64,000 nucleotides of DNA from an uncultured delta proteobacterium (GTDB taxonomy: Bacteria > Myxococcota > Kuafuiibacteriia > Kuafuiibacteriales > Kuafuiibacteriaceae). Below are positions 27,871 to 39,147 of the stretch, one piece after another. The notes below the pieces were generated by a model. The model ran no database searches. It saw only the letters and a program-made list of their open reading frames with translations, and had not been told where the DNA came from. A program made the position numbers and the translations under genes. Where the stretch lies: positions 1,088,001-1,152,000 of the forward strand of contig CAWDML010000001.1 in assembly GCA_963803435.1 (NCBI GenBank). The letters are read 5' to 3'. Numbering within the stretch: the stretch's first letter is position 1; every line of letters starts with the position of its first letter.

Positions 27871-29799
27871 CGAATCTCGAGGTTCTCGAACACCGCGCGC
27901 CCCGTGACCACCGCCAGCGCGATGCGGCCCGACTCAGGACGAGGTGTCTCGCACGTGAGCTCGAGCGTGCCGTCGGCGTCGAGGTCGATGGTGACGCGAC
28001 CCTGGGTCCGCGCGACCCGGATGCGATGAAAGCCGGGCTCGGCGAGGACCCGGGTCTCTGCGGCGGTGCAAGCCAGCTTGCCGCGGCTCGAATCCGGCGG
28101 GCGCGCGATCGACGAAGCTGGCCCCCGCGAGCACCGCGTAGTCGAAGCGATCGTCGTTCAGGCCGAAGGCGATCGCCGCCTTGGCCTGGCCTTCCAGCTC
28201 GAGGTCGAAGGTGACGTCGAAGTCTCCGAACGGGCGCTCGAGGAGCACCGCGAGCTCCTCGGGGAGCGTGCTGCCCGGCGGGGCCGCCCGGAACGCCGCC
28301 AAGCCCTCCTCGGTCCGCTGCCACGCCGCCGGCCGGAGCGGAACCACGCCGAGCTCCTGCGGTCCGGCCGCGAGCTCGCCCTGGGCGCCGTACAGACCGA
28401 GCGCCGCGCCCGGTCCCGGATTGAACGACAGATATGTCCCGTCCTCGGCGCGCAGCAGCGCGCGGCCGTCGGGGAGGCGCGCACCGGCCAGCGGGCCGGT
28501 CAGCCCTTCGAGCGGGGGGATCGCGACCGCGCGGGAGGGGAGGAACCGGATCCAGCGGATCGGCCCCCCCTCTTCCGGAAACAAGAGGAGGCTGCCGTCA
28601 CCCAGCTCGGTGAGTTGGCCACCCGCGACGGGCGCCGCCAGCGCGGTGACCGTCGAGGTGTCGCCGATCGGAAAGTCGCGCTCCGTTCGAACGATCACCG
28701 CGTCGATCCGGTCGCTCGGGAGGCCGCTCGCGTCGATTCCGCCGGCGACGATGACTGCGCCGCTCCGCGACGTGATCACCGCCGGTCGGATCACCTTTCG
28801 TCGCAGTGGGATCTGGTCGGTGAGCGGCGAGCCTCGCTCGGGGACGAAGACCGTGGCCGTCCCGAGCGCGCTCGCGGTGCTGGTGTTCGTGCGACCGCCC
28901 ACGAACAGCACGCGCTGATCGCTGATCACCGCCGCGCTCGCGCCGGTCCGCGGCGACTCGAGGTTGCCGATCTGGTTGAACTCGAGCGTCGTCGGGCTGA
29001 AGCGCTGCACCGCGGCCGAGGGGACGGGCGTGCCGTCGCCGCCACCGATGATCGCGAGCGCGGAGGAGACTGCGGCGACCGCCGAGCCCGGGCGCGACAC
29101 CTCCGGGCCCACGCGCGCGACGCGCGCCGCGCCGCCGGCGACGTCGAGGATCGCCACATCCTCGGCGACCTGGGTGACGCTGCATCCCGGCGCGACCTCG
29201 CCGCCGATCACGAGGACGCGGCCGTCGGTGAGACGGCCGGCGAAGTAGCGCCCGGCGCGACCGCCGGCGATGGGCGGGCCAGCCTCGATCCCCCCGATCG
29301 AGGCGACTTCGGTGGACTCGACCATGCACCCCGACGCGTCGCGCCCGCCGAGGAACAGGATGCGCCCGTCGTCGAGCGCGACCGCCCGGGCGCCGCCGAA
29401 CCGGGCCGGCCCGACAGCCGAGAGGCGCGTGAGCACGCCGACCTGGCTGAAGAAGATCGAGATCGGCCCCTCCGGCGGCGCATGGAGAAGATCGAGGGAC
29501 GCGCTCGCGCCCGAGGACACCACCTCGCCGTCCGAGGTCAGCCCCTCCACCACGAGGCGCTCGACGGTCGGATCGAGCGGGACCGGCAGGGCGATGGGCC
29601 CCTGGTCCCACCGATCCTCACCGAGGGCCACCATCTGCCCGCCCACCAGCGCGCGCATGCGGACGGTCTCGATCCGCGCGAAGGGATCGGGGGCCTCGCT
29701 CCAGACGAGGTTGACCTCGATGTCCAACTTGCGCGTACATCCCGCCAGAAGGAGCGCGAGCCCGGCCACCGCGTTGAGTTTCCGAACCGCCGGCGGCAT
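27867..29799 (-). CDS. Kelch-like beta-propeller lipoprotein (frameshift ~28092)
   Basis: Lipobox LLAGC; repeated LxDGRVLxxGG motifs; the shifted frame ends VFENLEIR-stop overlapping the next ATG. Confidence 0.7.
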
Positions 29800-29820
29800 G
29801 ATTCTTCGCGCCGCGATCCT

Positions 29821-31602
29821 GTGTTCCGGCCGACCACCTTTGGGAAGTACTTCCTGACCCGCCGTCTGGCGGTGGGCGGGATGGCCGAGGTTTTTCAAGC
29901 CAAGCTGTACGGCGCGGACGGGTTCGAGAAAGACCTGGTCATCAAGCAGATCCTGCCCCAGTACGCGCGGGATCCCGAGTTCGTGCAGAGCTTCGTCGCA
30001 GAGGCGAAGATCGCCGTCACCCTCAACCATGCCAACGTCGTCGGGATCTACGAGCTCGGGCGCGTGGACGGCACGTACTTCATCGCCATGGAGTTCGTCC
30101 ACGGGCTGGACGTCTTCTCCCTGATCGACGCGGCCAAGCGGCACGGGCGGAAGATTAGCATCGGTTCGAGCCTCTTGATCGTCGAGGAGGTGGCGAAAGG
30201 CCTCGACTACGCCCACCGCAAGGTCGGCCCCGACGGGCTCCCGCTGGGGCTGGTGCACCGGGATCTCAACCCGCGCAACGTCCTGATCTCCACGGAGGGC
30301 GACGTAAAGATCCTGGACTTCGGCATCGCCAAGACCGCCAGCACGGTCGCCGCGATGCCGAAGACGCGAGCGGGGGTGGTCAAAGGCACCACCGGCTACA
30401 TGAGCCCCGAGCAGGCCATGGGCCGGGAGATCGACGCGCGGACCGACATCTATCAGGCGGGCCTGATGCTCTTCGAGCTGTTGACCGGCACGGCGCTCTT
30501 CTGGCGGCCCGACGATCAGGAGACCCGCGACCTGATGCGCCAGCATCGGCTGGTCCCGCCCTCGAGGCTCGCGCCCGAGGTCCCGGCCGAGCTCGATCGG
30601 ATCGTGATCCGCTGCCTGGACCGCAACGCCAACAATCGCTACCAGACCGCGGCCGAGCTGGCGTCCGAGGTCGGTCGCATCCGCTTCCTCCAGCACCCGG
30701 AGATCCATCACCGCGCCATCGGCGATCTGGTCGCCGAGCTGATGAAGCTGGAGGCGGTCGAGGAGGTGGTGACGTCGCAGGCGCTGCCCTCGACGCAGGA
30801 GCTCGAGGCGGTCATCTCCAAGGCCATCGAGCACTCGATCACCGGCGACATCGAGACGATCGCCACCCGCGCGCCCTCCGGCGTCCTTCGGCCCAAACTG
30901 CCGGCCACCGGATCGATCCCGCTGGCGGGCCCCGGCACCGCCCACGTCTCCGAGGTCGGGCCGGCGCCTCCGGATCCGGCCGCGCTGGGGAGCCCGCCGA
31001 CCGCCGTCCGCCCCGCGCGGCGCTCGCCGCTCGCGATGCTGGTGAGCGCGGCGGTCTTCGGTCTGGTCGGGCTGGGCGTCCTCTCTTCGATGCGGAGCGA
31101 GGGCGAGCCTCCGCCGGTGACCCCACTGGCCTCCAGGACGGAGGTCATCCCGCGAGGCCACGACACGCCGGACGCCGGCATGATGGTCGCCGAGCTCGAG
31201 GACGACGCCGAGACCGTCGAGGAGGTTACCCCGCCCTCCGCGGCGCTCGACGCCGGGCCGCGCCCCCGGATCCTGAGGCCCGCCCATCGCCGGCCGAGCA
31301 AGCGCAAGGAGCCCGCGACGACCGCCTTCGGTACGGTCGCATTCGGCACGCGGTCGTGCTCGAGCCGCGTCACGGTCGACGGCCACGTGGTCACCCGCTC
31401 CACGCCCTCGTTCGATCACAAGCTGTCCGCCGGCGAGCACCGCGTCGTCCTCGAGGGCACCAGCTGCCCCGCGATCGAGCAGCCGGGATCGCTCAAGCGC
31501 ACCACGCCCTCGGTGGCCACCACCATCCAGGTCGAGCCGGGCGGGACGATGAAGGTCATCGCCGACTTCGAGCACGATCAGGTGATCGTGCGGGGACGTT
31601 GA
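29821..31602 (+). CDS. Transmembrane Ser/Thr protein kinase with PEGA-like C-terminus
   Basis: FGKY...GGMAEVF, HRDLNPRN, DFG, GYMSPE; TM; VTVDG...TP...LSAGEH. Confidence 0.9.
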   Translation: MFRPTTFGKYFLTRRLAVGGMAEVFQAKLYGADGFEKDLVIKQILPQYARDPEFVQSFVAEAKIAVTLNHANVVGIYELGRVDGTYFIAMEFVHGLDVFSLIDAAKRHGRKISIGSSLLIVEEVAKGLDYAHRKVGPDGLPLGLVHRDLNPRNVLISTEGDVKILDFGIAKTASTVAAMPKTRAGVVKGTTGYMSPEQAMGREIDARTDIYQAGLMLFELLTGTALFWRPDDQETRDLMRQHRLVPPSRLAPEVPAELDRIVIRCLDRNANNRYQTAAELASEVGRIRFLQHPEIHHRAIGDLVAELMKLEAVEEVVTSQALPSTQELEAVISKAIEHSITGDIETIATRAPSGVLRPKLPATGSIPLAGPGTAHVSEVGPAPPDPAALGSPPTAVRPARRSPLAMLVSAAVFGLVGLGVLSSMRSEGEPPPVTPLASRTEVIPRGHDTPDAGMMVAELEDDAETVEEVTPPSAALDAGPRPRILRPAHRRPSKRKEPATTAFGTVAFGTRSCSSRVTVDGHVVTRSTPSFDHKLSAGEHRVVLEGTSCPAIEQPGSLKRTTPSVATTIQVEPGGTMKVIADFEHDQVIVRGR

Positions 31603-31606
31603 GCCG

Positions 31607-33241
31607 ATGACGACGGAAGCGTTCGAGAAGGCCGACGAGCTGCTCCGCAAGGGCAAGTATCCGCAGGCGATCGAGCTCCTCCGGGCACTCCTGGGCGCAC
31701 AGCCGGAGAACGGCGAGCTGAGGGCGAAGGTCGCCGAGGCCTACCGCCTGTCCGGCAACCTCGAGCGCGCCTTTCACCACTTCAACAGGGGCGCCCAGGT
31801 CTTTCAGCGCGCCGGCGATCTTCCCGGCGCCTGCCGCATGCTCAAGGCCGCCAACAGCGTGAGCCCCAACGAGCCCGACATCCTCTACCGCATGGCCGAG
31901 TGCCTGAAGCTGCTCGACAGCCAGATCGAGCTCGACCTGGTGTTGAAGCAGCTGATCACGGTGGCCCGCGGGGTCGGCGACCGGCGCCGCCTGTGGGCGC
32001 TGGAGCAGCTCTGCAGCCGCTACCCGAAGGACATCGAGCTGGCCGTGCAGCACGCCTCCGCGCTCGGCGAGACCGGCCGGATCGACGACGCGGTGACCGC
32101 GTGGAAGCGCGTCTCCGCCCACCTCGAGGTGCTCGGGATCGACTTCGTGCCGATGCTCAAGAAGGCCGCCGAGATCGCGGCCGAGCGCGCCGACGTCGGC
32201 GTCGACCTGGCGGAGGTGCTCCTCATCGCACGGCACCCGCGCGATGCGCTCGCGGTGCTCGTCCCCTTCTACGAGAAGTTCCCCGACGACATCGGCGTGC
32301 TGGGAGCGCTCGTCCGTGCGCTCGAGCAGCTGGGCGCGATCGACAAGGTGATCCCGGCGCGCATCGAGCTCATCAAGACCCGCGTCAAGCGCGGTCATCG
32401 CGAGCTCGCGTTCCAGGAGGTGTCGCGGCTGATGGAGGTGGCGCCCGACGACCCGCTCGCCCTCGAGGTGTCCGCTCACACGTTCGGTGCCTTCGGCTTT
32501 CGCGGTGACGCCAGCGCGCTGTGGCGGAGGCTCGCCAAGCTTCACGAGCGGCTGGGCCGCGTCGCGGAGCGCAACCGAGCGATCCTCATGCTCCTCAAGA
32601 TCAACCCCGACGATCCGGAAGCGCTTGCGCTGGGAGCACGCTGGCTCTCCGAGGCCGGTCACGAGCGGGAGGCGTCGGCCCTGCGGCTGCGGTTGAACGA
32701 GATCGTACAGGTCCAGGATCAAGCCGGATCGCTTCCGGCCGTGGAGCCGGGGGACTTCCAGACCGACACCGACGTTCCGGCCCTGTCGACCGCCGCCGAC
32801 GTCGTGGTCTCGGACGACTACTCCCTGTCGGACGTCTTCGCCGCCGAGTATCCCTCCGACGTCTTCGCGCCGGACGATTTCTCGAGCCCGGACGAGGAGC
32901 CGCTCCCGATCGCGATGAACCCCTATGCGCAGGACCTCGACGTCGAGCTCCCGACGCGGATCGCGGAGCCGCTGGCCGAGATGCGCCCGAGCGCCGAGTA
33001 TGCGCTCCCCGAGGAGCGCATGAGCGAGGCCGAGGAGACCACCTCGAGGATGGAGATGGCCAGCGAGCTCGCCCGCCTGCGGCGGTCCTTCGAGGAGGAC
33101 GAGGCCACCAAGCTCGATCTGGTCAAGGACGACGATCCCACCCTTCCACCACCGGACGACTTCGACGAGTTCACCTCCAAGACGCGATCGCGGCTGATCA
33201 GCGATCTCTTGCACGAGAGCGGCCAGAACGAGGACCTATGA
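31607..33241 (+). CDS. TPR protein with acidic C-terminal tail
   Basis: TPR helices; D/E-rich low-complexity C-terminus. Confidence 0.7.
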   Translation: MTTEAFEKADELLRKGKYPQAIELLRALLGAQPENGELRAKVAEAYRLSGNLERAFHHFNRGAQVFQRAGDLPGACRMLKAANSVSPNEPDILYRMAECLKLLDSQIELDLVLKQLITVARGVGDRRRLWALEQLCSRYPKDIELAVQHASALGETGRIDDAVTAWKRVSAHLEVLGIDFVPMLKKAAEIAAERADVGVDLAEVLLIARHPRDALAVLVPFYEKFPDDIGVLGALVRALEQLGAIDKVIPARIELIKTRVKRGHRELAFQEVSRLMEVAPDDPLALEVSAHTFGAFGFRGDASALWRRLAKLHERLGRVAERNRAILMLLKINPDDPEALALGARWLSEAGHEREASALRLRLNEIVQVQDQAGSLPAVEPGDFQTDTDVPALSTAADVVVSDDYSLSDVFAAEYPSDVFAPDDFSSPDEEPLPIAMNPYAQDLDVELPTRIAEPLAEMRPSAEYALPEERMSEAEETTSRMEMASELARLRRSFEEDEATKLDLVKDDDPTLPPPDDFDEFTSKTRSRLISDLLHESGQNEDL

Positions 33242-33291
33242 CGGCCGGCACGGCTTGCGCCGAGCGGGCGGCCTCCCATAATGGAGTGGCC

Positions 33292-34338
33292 GTGATCCGA
33301 GCCTCCGTCAGCGGGATCGTCGGCGCGCTGGCGCTGTTCGGCGCGCTGACCGCTTGGGCCGACGCACCGGCCGGCTACATCCAGTTCAAGGCCGACCCGG
33401 GGGCGCGGATCGAGATCGACGGCCGTTTCGCCGGCGTCACCTCCGGTCGGGACGGCCTCATCGCCCGCAACATCGCGCCAGGCCCGCGCCGCTTCGCCGC
33501 CCACCGCGAGGGCTTCGTCTCCCAGTTCGGAGTGGTGATGGTCGAGGCGGACGCCGTCACCGTCGAGAAGCTCGAGGCCTGGCAGCCCACCATCCAGGTC
33601 GAGGTGGCGGGCGAACGCGGGGTCGGCACCTTGATCGTCGAGACAATCCCGGCCGACTCCAGCATCCAAGCCCGACGTCTCGGGTGGAAGGAGAAGGTGG
33701 AGAAGAGAGAAGGTCCGTTCATCGCGCGAGAGCTTCCCGCCGGAAAGCACAAGTTCACGTTCTGCACCGACTTCAAGTGCATCGACTACTGGGTACACAT
33801 CCCCCGCGCGAGCGTGCGAAAGCTCCTGATCGACTTCGAGCCCGGCCACATCTTCGACGTCTCCCGGGAGTTCCTGGCCGACTGGAAGGACGCGAGCGAC
33901 ACCTGCGCGCGCGAGCACGATCTCGCCGCCTGCAAGCTAGCCTGCGAGACGGACAGCGCGATCGAGCCCGCTCGACCGTCGTCCTCCTGTTCGGCGCTGG
34001 GCGGCGCTCCGCCCACCGAGGACCCAACCGTCAAGGCCTCCAGGACGGTGGTCATCCCGCGAAGCCAGGACGGCGAGAGCGGGGCCTCAGTCGCCTCCTT
34101 CACGCCGCCGCCCGCCTGTGACGTCGACGAGGAGGGCTCGGCGTTCCTCTCGGTCTCCAGCCGCGAGACCGTCGAGGTGCTGCTGGGAGACCAGTCGATC
34201 GGGAGCACGCCGATCGTGCACCGCGCCATCCCGGCCGGCTGCCACCAGCTGATCGCCGTCACCCAGGACGGCCACCGCCACCCGGTCTCGATCCGCATCG
34301 AGGCGAACGCCGACCGGCGCATCAAGCTGACGTTCTGA
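33292..34338 (+). CDS. Secreted PEGA-domain protein
   Basis: Signal peptide; PEGA motifs (PGARIEIDG; IGSTP...IPAGCH). Confidence 0.65.
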   Translation: MIRASVSGIVGALALFGALTAWADAPAGYIQFKADPGARIEIDGRFAGVTSGRDGLIARNIAPGPRRFAAHREGFVSQFGVVMVEADAVTVEKLEAWQPTIQVEVAGERGVGTLIVETIPADSSIQARRLGWKEKVEKREGPFIARELPAGKHKFTFCTDFKCIDYWVHIPRASVRKLLIDFEPGHIFDVSREFLADWKDASDTCAREHDLAACKLACETDSAIEPARPSSSCSALGGAPPTEDPTVKASRTVVIPRSQDGESGASVASFTPPPACDVDEEGSAFLSVSSRETVEVLLGDQSIGSTPIVHRAIPAGCHQLIAVTQDGHRHPVSIRIEANADRRIKLTF

Positions 34339-35205
34339 GTGCTCTGGTCCCTCCTCCTCTCGACCGCCCTCCCGCAGGTCTCGGTGGACTGGTCGGAGGT
34401 CCCCGACGCGGTGATTGCGCGCTGCGATCTCTCGGGGCTCGAGACCATGGTCCTTCAAGGGATGGTCGACGAGGGTTACGCGGTGGTCCGGGAGGTCCCG
34501 CCCGACGGCATCGCGCTGACGATCCGCGCTGACGACACGCGCTTCGAGATCGAGGGCCGCCGGGGTGAGCGCCGATCCCAGGTGGTCGTCCCCATCCCGC
34601 GGCCGTGCGACGCGACCATCCAGATCGAGATCCTCTCGCGCATGCACGAGGTGAGCGACGCGCTCGGCGTCGAGACGGCCCTTCCGCCCGCCGGCACCTC
34701 CACGGCCACCGAGCGCGAGCCCCCGGTGAGCGCCGCCCCGGCCGATTGGAGGATCTCCGCTGGGGTGGGCGCCGTGCTCCCGAGCGCCACCGGAATGTTT
34801 GCGATCCGGGCCGGCGTGCGCCGCCGCATCGTGGACGCCTGGTCCGCAGGTCTGGTCCTGGAGGGGAGCGTCCGTCCCGCCCGGGGCGTCACCGTGTTCG
34901 AGCCGGTCGTCGCGGCGCAGGCCGTGCTCGAGCTCTGGTCGTCCCGCTCCGGCATCGCGGTCCTCGCGGGGGTCGAGGCCGGGCTGCTGGCGCATCTGTT
35001 CTCCCGCGAGGGCGCGCGCGGCGGGCACCTCGACGGCCGCTTCGGGCTGATCCTCGAGGGTCGCCTCCCGGTCCTCGGGGCGACCCTCCTGGTCCTTCCG
35101 TATCTGCGCCTGCGTCCGGTCCGACAGGACGTCGGGCCCGACACGGTGTTCGAGGCCCACCACTTCGGCGTGGTGATTGCGCTGTCGATGTCGATCGATC
35201 TGTGA
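34339..35205 (+). CDS. Hypothetical exported protein with C-terminal beta-barrel-like region
   Basis: Signal-like N-terminus; alternating amphipathic strands. Confidence 0.5.
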   Translation: MLWSLLLSTALPQVSVDWSEVPDAVIARCDLSGLETMVLQGMVDEGYAVVREVPPDGIALTIRADDTRFEIEGRRGERRSQVVVPIPRPCDATIQIEILSRMHEVSDALGVETALPPAGTSTATEREPPVSAAPADWRISAGVGAVLPSATGMFAIRAGVRRRIVDAWSAGLVLEGSVRPARGVTVFEPVVAAQAVLELWSSRSGIAVLAGVEAGLLAHLFSREGARGGHLDGRFGLILEGRLPVLGATLLVLPYLRLRPVRQDVGPDTVFEAHHFGVVIALSMSIDL

Positions 35206-35281
35206 GGCATTTTTCACCGGCCGACGCGCAGTCTCGCGAATTCTCCGTCGTTGCATCCTGCGTGCGCCGACGCTCTAGTCG

Positions 35282-38200
35282 ATGCTCATGCCCCGGCGAC
35301 GGCGATACCGTGCGGAACAGCTCAGCCCGGGACTGACCATGGCGATCGTCGGCTCGGCGGCGGTCATCTTCGCGCTCGGGCTCGCCACACCAACGGGAAT
35401 CGTCGAGTGGGTCCTCTATCTGATTCCGGTGACGCTCGCGATCTTCAGCTGGTCGCCATCGATCCCGCTCCTGGTCGCCGGCACCGTGAGCACCTTGACC
35501 GTCCTCGGCTACTTCCTCTCGCCCTCCGGGCGCTTCCACGACATCAGCGAGATCAACCGAGCGTTCGGCGTCCTGACGTTCTGGGCGGTCGCGTTCGCCG
35601 GCCGCCAATCGATCACAGGCAAGATCGCGGTCCGCAACGAGGAGTGGCTCCGCGCCGGAGAGTCGGGCCTGATGGAGCGATTGCAAGGTAACTTGCGGGT
35701 CGGCGATCTGGCCGAGCGGACGCTCGAGTTCCTGGCGACCTACCTGGAGGCGCCGCTGGGGGCCCTCTACGCAGTCGAGCCGGGGAGCCTGCTCCACCGC
35801 CTCGCCGGATATGCAGCAATCCCGATCGCGTCCTCGGGGCCGGAGCTGATCCAGCCCGGCGAGGGCCTGGTGGGGCAGGCGTTCATGAGCCGCGAGACCC
35901 TGATCGTGCGCGACGTGCCTGGAGGCTATGCCACGGTCAGCTCGGGCCTGGGCGAGCATCGGCCCCTCTGCCTGGTGCTCGTGCCCGCGTCCATCTCGGA
36001 CGCCGTGTACGCCGTGGTCGAGCTGGGCTTCTTCCGGGAGCCGGGCGCGCTCGATCTCGAGCTCCTGCGCCGCGTCGAGGAGTCGGTGGCCGTGGCGCTG
36101 CGCTCGGCCCGCTACCGCGAGCAGGTCCAGAGCCTCCTCGACGAGACCCAGCGGCAGGCCGAGGAGCTTCAGGCTCAGGAGGAGCAGCTGCGCGTCGCCA
36201 ACGAGGAGCTGGAGAACCAGCAGCGGGAGCTCGAAGAGTCGAACCAGAGCCTCGAGAGCCAGGCAGAACGCCTCGAAGAACAGAAGGCTGCGCTCCTGAC
36301 GGCACAGGAGGCCCTGACGGGAAAGGCCGCCGATCTGGCCCGCATCAGCGACTACAAGTCCGAGTTCCTCGCGAACATGTCCCACGAGCTGCGAACACCC
36401 CTCAACAGCTCGCTGATCCTCACCAAGCTCCTCATCGAGAACCGCGAGGGGAATCTCACGGAAGAGCAGGTGCGGTTCGCGCAGACGATCCACAACGCGG
36501 GCAACGATCTTCTGTTCTTGATCAACGACATCCTCGACCTCGCCAAGATCGAAGCCGGCAAGATGACGATGAACTTTCGGGTCGTCACGATCGAGCGACT
36601 CACCCGCTCGATCGCGGACGTCTTCGAGCCGATGGCGACATCCCGCGGGATCGGCTTCTCGATCGACATCGACCCCTCGACACCCGCGGCGCTGGAGACG
36701 GACGAGATCAGGCTCCAGCAGATCCTCAAGAACCTGCTCTCCAACGCGCTGAAGTTCACGGAGAAGGGCAGCGTGAGGTTGAGGACCTGCGCGGACGACG
36801 ACTCGATCTCGTTCGCCGTGAAGGACACCGGGACCGGCATTCCTCGCGAGCAGCAGGCGATGATCTTCGAGGCCTTCCGCCAGCTCGACTCCACCGCGAG
36901 CCGACGGCATGGAGGCACCGGGCTCGGCCTCTCGATCTCACGCGAGCTGGCCGGGCTGCTCGGCGGCGACCTGAGCGTCGAGAGCGCTCCCGGCGCCGGC
37001 AGCACGTTCACGCTCCGGCTCCCCCGCGAGAGCGGCGCTCACCTCTCCCCGCCGTCGCAGAGCCCGCCGAGCCGTCCCGCCGCGGCCTCCCCGCCGCGCC
37101 CCGCCCTGCTGATCGAGGACGACCGGCGCAGCCTCTCGAATCGGGAGCGGCTTCTGCTGGTGATCGAGGACGACCCGGCGTTCGCCCAGATCCTCTTCGA
37201 GCTGGCCCACGATCTCGACTTCCAGTGCGTCGTGGCCGGCACCGCCGACGACGGGCTGGCACTGGCCGAGCGCCTCAGCCCCAGCGGAATCCTTCTCGAC
37301 GTCCGCCTCCCAGACCACTCTGGCCTGCTGGTCCTCGAGCACCTCAAGCGCAACCCGGTGACCCGCCACGTTCCGATCCACGTGGTGTCGGTCGACGACC
37401 ACACGGCGCGGGCGCTCTCGATGGGTGCCGTCGGGTACGTGCGCAAGCCGGTGGAGCGCGAGGGGCTGATCGGTGCCATCAGAAAGCTCGAGCAGACGAT
37501 CGCGCCCGGATCCGCCGGATCTTGATCGTCGAGGACAACCCCCAGCAGCGCGAGAGCGTCGACCTCCTCCTGGCCGGCGACGGCATCGAGACCTTCGGCG
37601 TGGGGACCATCCGTGAGGCGCTGGACGAGCTCCACGCCCGCACGTTCGATTGCGTGGTGATGGATCTGACCTTGGCGGACGGCACCGGCTTCGACCTGCT
37701 CGAGCGCATGGCCGGCGACGACGCCTTCTCCTTCCCCCCGGTCGTCATCTACACGGGCGCCGAGCTGTCGCCGGAGGACGAGCAGCGGCTCCGGCGCTAC
37801 TCCAGCTCGATCATCGTCAAGGGCGCGCGCTCGCCGGAGCGGCTCCTCGACGAGGTGACGCTGTTCCTCCATCAGGTCGAGTCGCAGCTCACGGTCGAAC
37901 GACAGCGCATGCTGCAGAAGGTGCGGGACCGGGAGTCCATCTTCGAGGGCCGGGTCGTCCTGGTCGTCGAGGACGATGTCCGGAACGTCTTCGCGCTCAC
38001 CAGCGTTCTCGAGCCGAAGGGCGCTCAGGTCATGATCGCCCGCAACGGCAAGGAGGCCCTCGAGGCGCTGTCGAAGCGGGCGGAGGTTGCGCTGGTGTTG
38101 ATGGACCTGATGATGCCGGAGATGGACGGCCTGACCGCCATCCGTGAGATCCGCAAGGAGAGCCGCTGGGCGAAGCTCCCGATCATCGCGCTCACGGCCA

Positions 38201-38316
38201 AGGCGATGAAGGACGACCGCGAGAAGTCGCTGGAGGCCGGCGCGAACGACTATCTCGCCAAGCCGATCGACGTGGAGATGCTGCTCTCGCTCCTCCGCGT
38301 GTGGATGCCGAGGTGA
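35282..38316 (+). CDS. Hybrid histidine kinase (TM-GAF-coiled coil-HisKA-HATPase-3xREC), frameshift ~37505
   Basis: FLANMSHELRTPLN, NALKFT, DTGTGI, GGTGLGL; three REC domains split across ORFs 35282-37525 and 37225-38316. Confidence 0.9.
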
Positions 38317-38317
38317 G

Positions 38318-39142
38318 ATGAACGGAAGGGACGACCTCGAGCTGGAGCTGCTTCTGACCGCGATCTTCGATCGCTACCACTACGACTTTCGCCGGTACTC
38401 CCGCACCTCGATGAAACGCCGCCTCGCCCAGGCGCTGCCCCGCTACGGGGTGGCGTCGCTCTCCGGGCTGCAGGACCGGGTGCTCCGGGACGAGAGCGTC
38501 TTCACCTCGCTGCTCGCGCACCTGACGGTGCAGGTCACGGACATGTTCCGGGATCCCAGCTACTTCGCGTTTCTCCGCCGCCGGATCATCCCGCTCTTGC
38601 GGACATATCCGTCTCGCAAGCTCTGGGTCGCCGGCTGCAGCACCGGCGAGGAGGCGTACTCGCTGGCGATCATCCTTCGCGAGGAGGGCATCCTCGATCG
38701 GACGTTGATCTACGCCACCGACATCAACACGCGCAGCCTCGCGATCGCCGAGGCCGGCGTCTACACGCTGGAGAGGATCCGCGCCTTCACGGAGAACCAC
38801 CAGCGGACGGGCGCATCGTGTTCGCTCTCCGAGCACTACGCCGCCGCCTACGGTTCGGCGACGTTCGACCGCGCGCTGAAGAAGGCGATCGTGTTCGCCG
38901 ACCACAGCCTCTCGACCGACAGCATCTTTGCCGAGATGCACCTCATCTCCTGCCGCAACGTCCTGATCTACTTCGCACCGGACCTCCAGGATCGAGCGCT
39001 GGAGCTCTTCAGAGGATCGCTGGTGCGCCGTGGCTTCATGGGGCTGGGTGCACGCGAATCGCTCCGCTTCAGCTCGGTGGCGCCCGCGTTCGCCGCGCTG
39101 GACGAGGACGAAAAGTGGTACCAGAAAGGGGAGGACGCTTGA
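38318..39142 (+). CDS. cheR: CheR-type protein-glutamate methyltransferase
   Basis: VTDMFRDP, WVAGCSTGEEAYS, ATDIN, CRNVLIYF. Confidence 0.9.
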   Translation: MNGRDDLELELLLTAIFDRYHYDFRRYSRTSMKRRLAQALPRYGVASLSGLQDRVLRDESVFTSLLAHLTVQVTDMFRDPSYFAFLRRRIIPLLRTYPSRKLWVAGCSTGEEAYSLAIILREEGILDRTLIYATDINTRSLAIAEAGVYTLERIRAFTENHQRTGASCSLSEHYAAAYGSATFDRALKKAIVFADHSLSTDSIFAEMHLISCRNVLIYFAPDLQDRALELFRGSLVRRGFMGLGARESLRFSSVAPAFAALDEDEKWYQKGEDA

Positions 39143-39147
39143 GTCTA

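Noticed and set aside
27934-31656. Very long overlapping ORFs (1240 aa minus, 1178 aa plus)
   Set aside because: Each is a real gene extended by the antisense shadow frame of its divergent neighbour; stops are rare at this GC content
33243-33260. Possible sigma54 promoter GGCACGGCTTGC
   Set aside because: Spacing between the GG and TTGC elements does not fit the -24/-12 consensus
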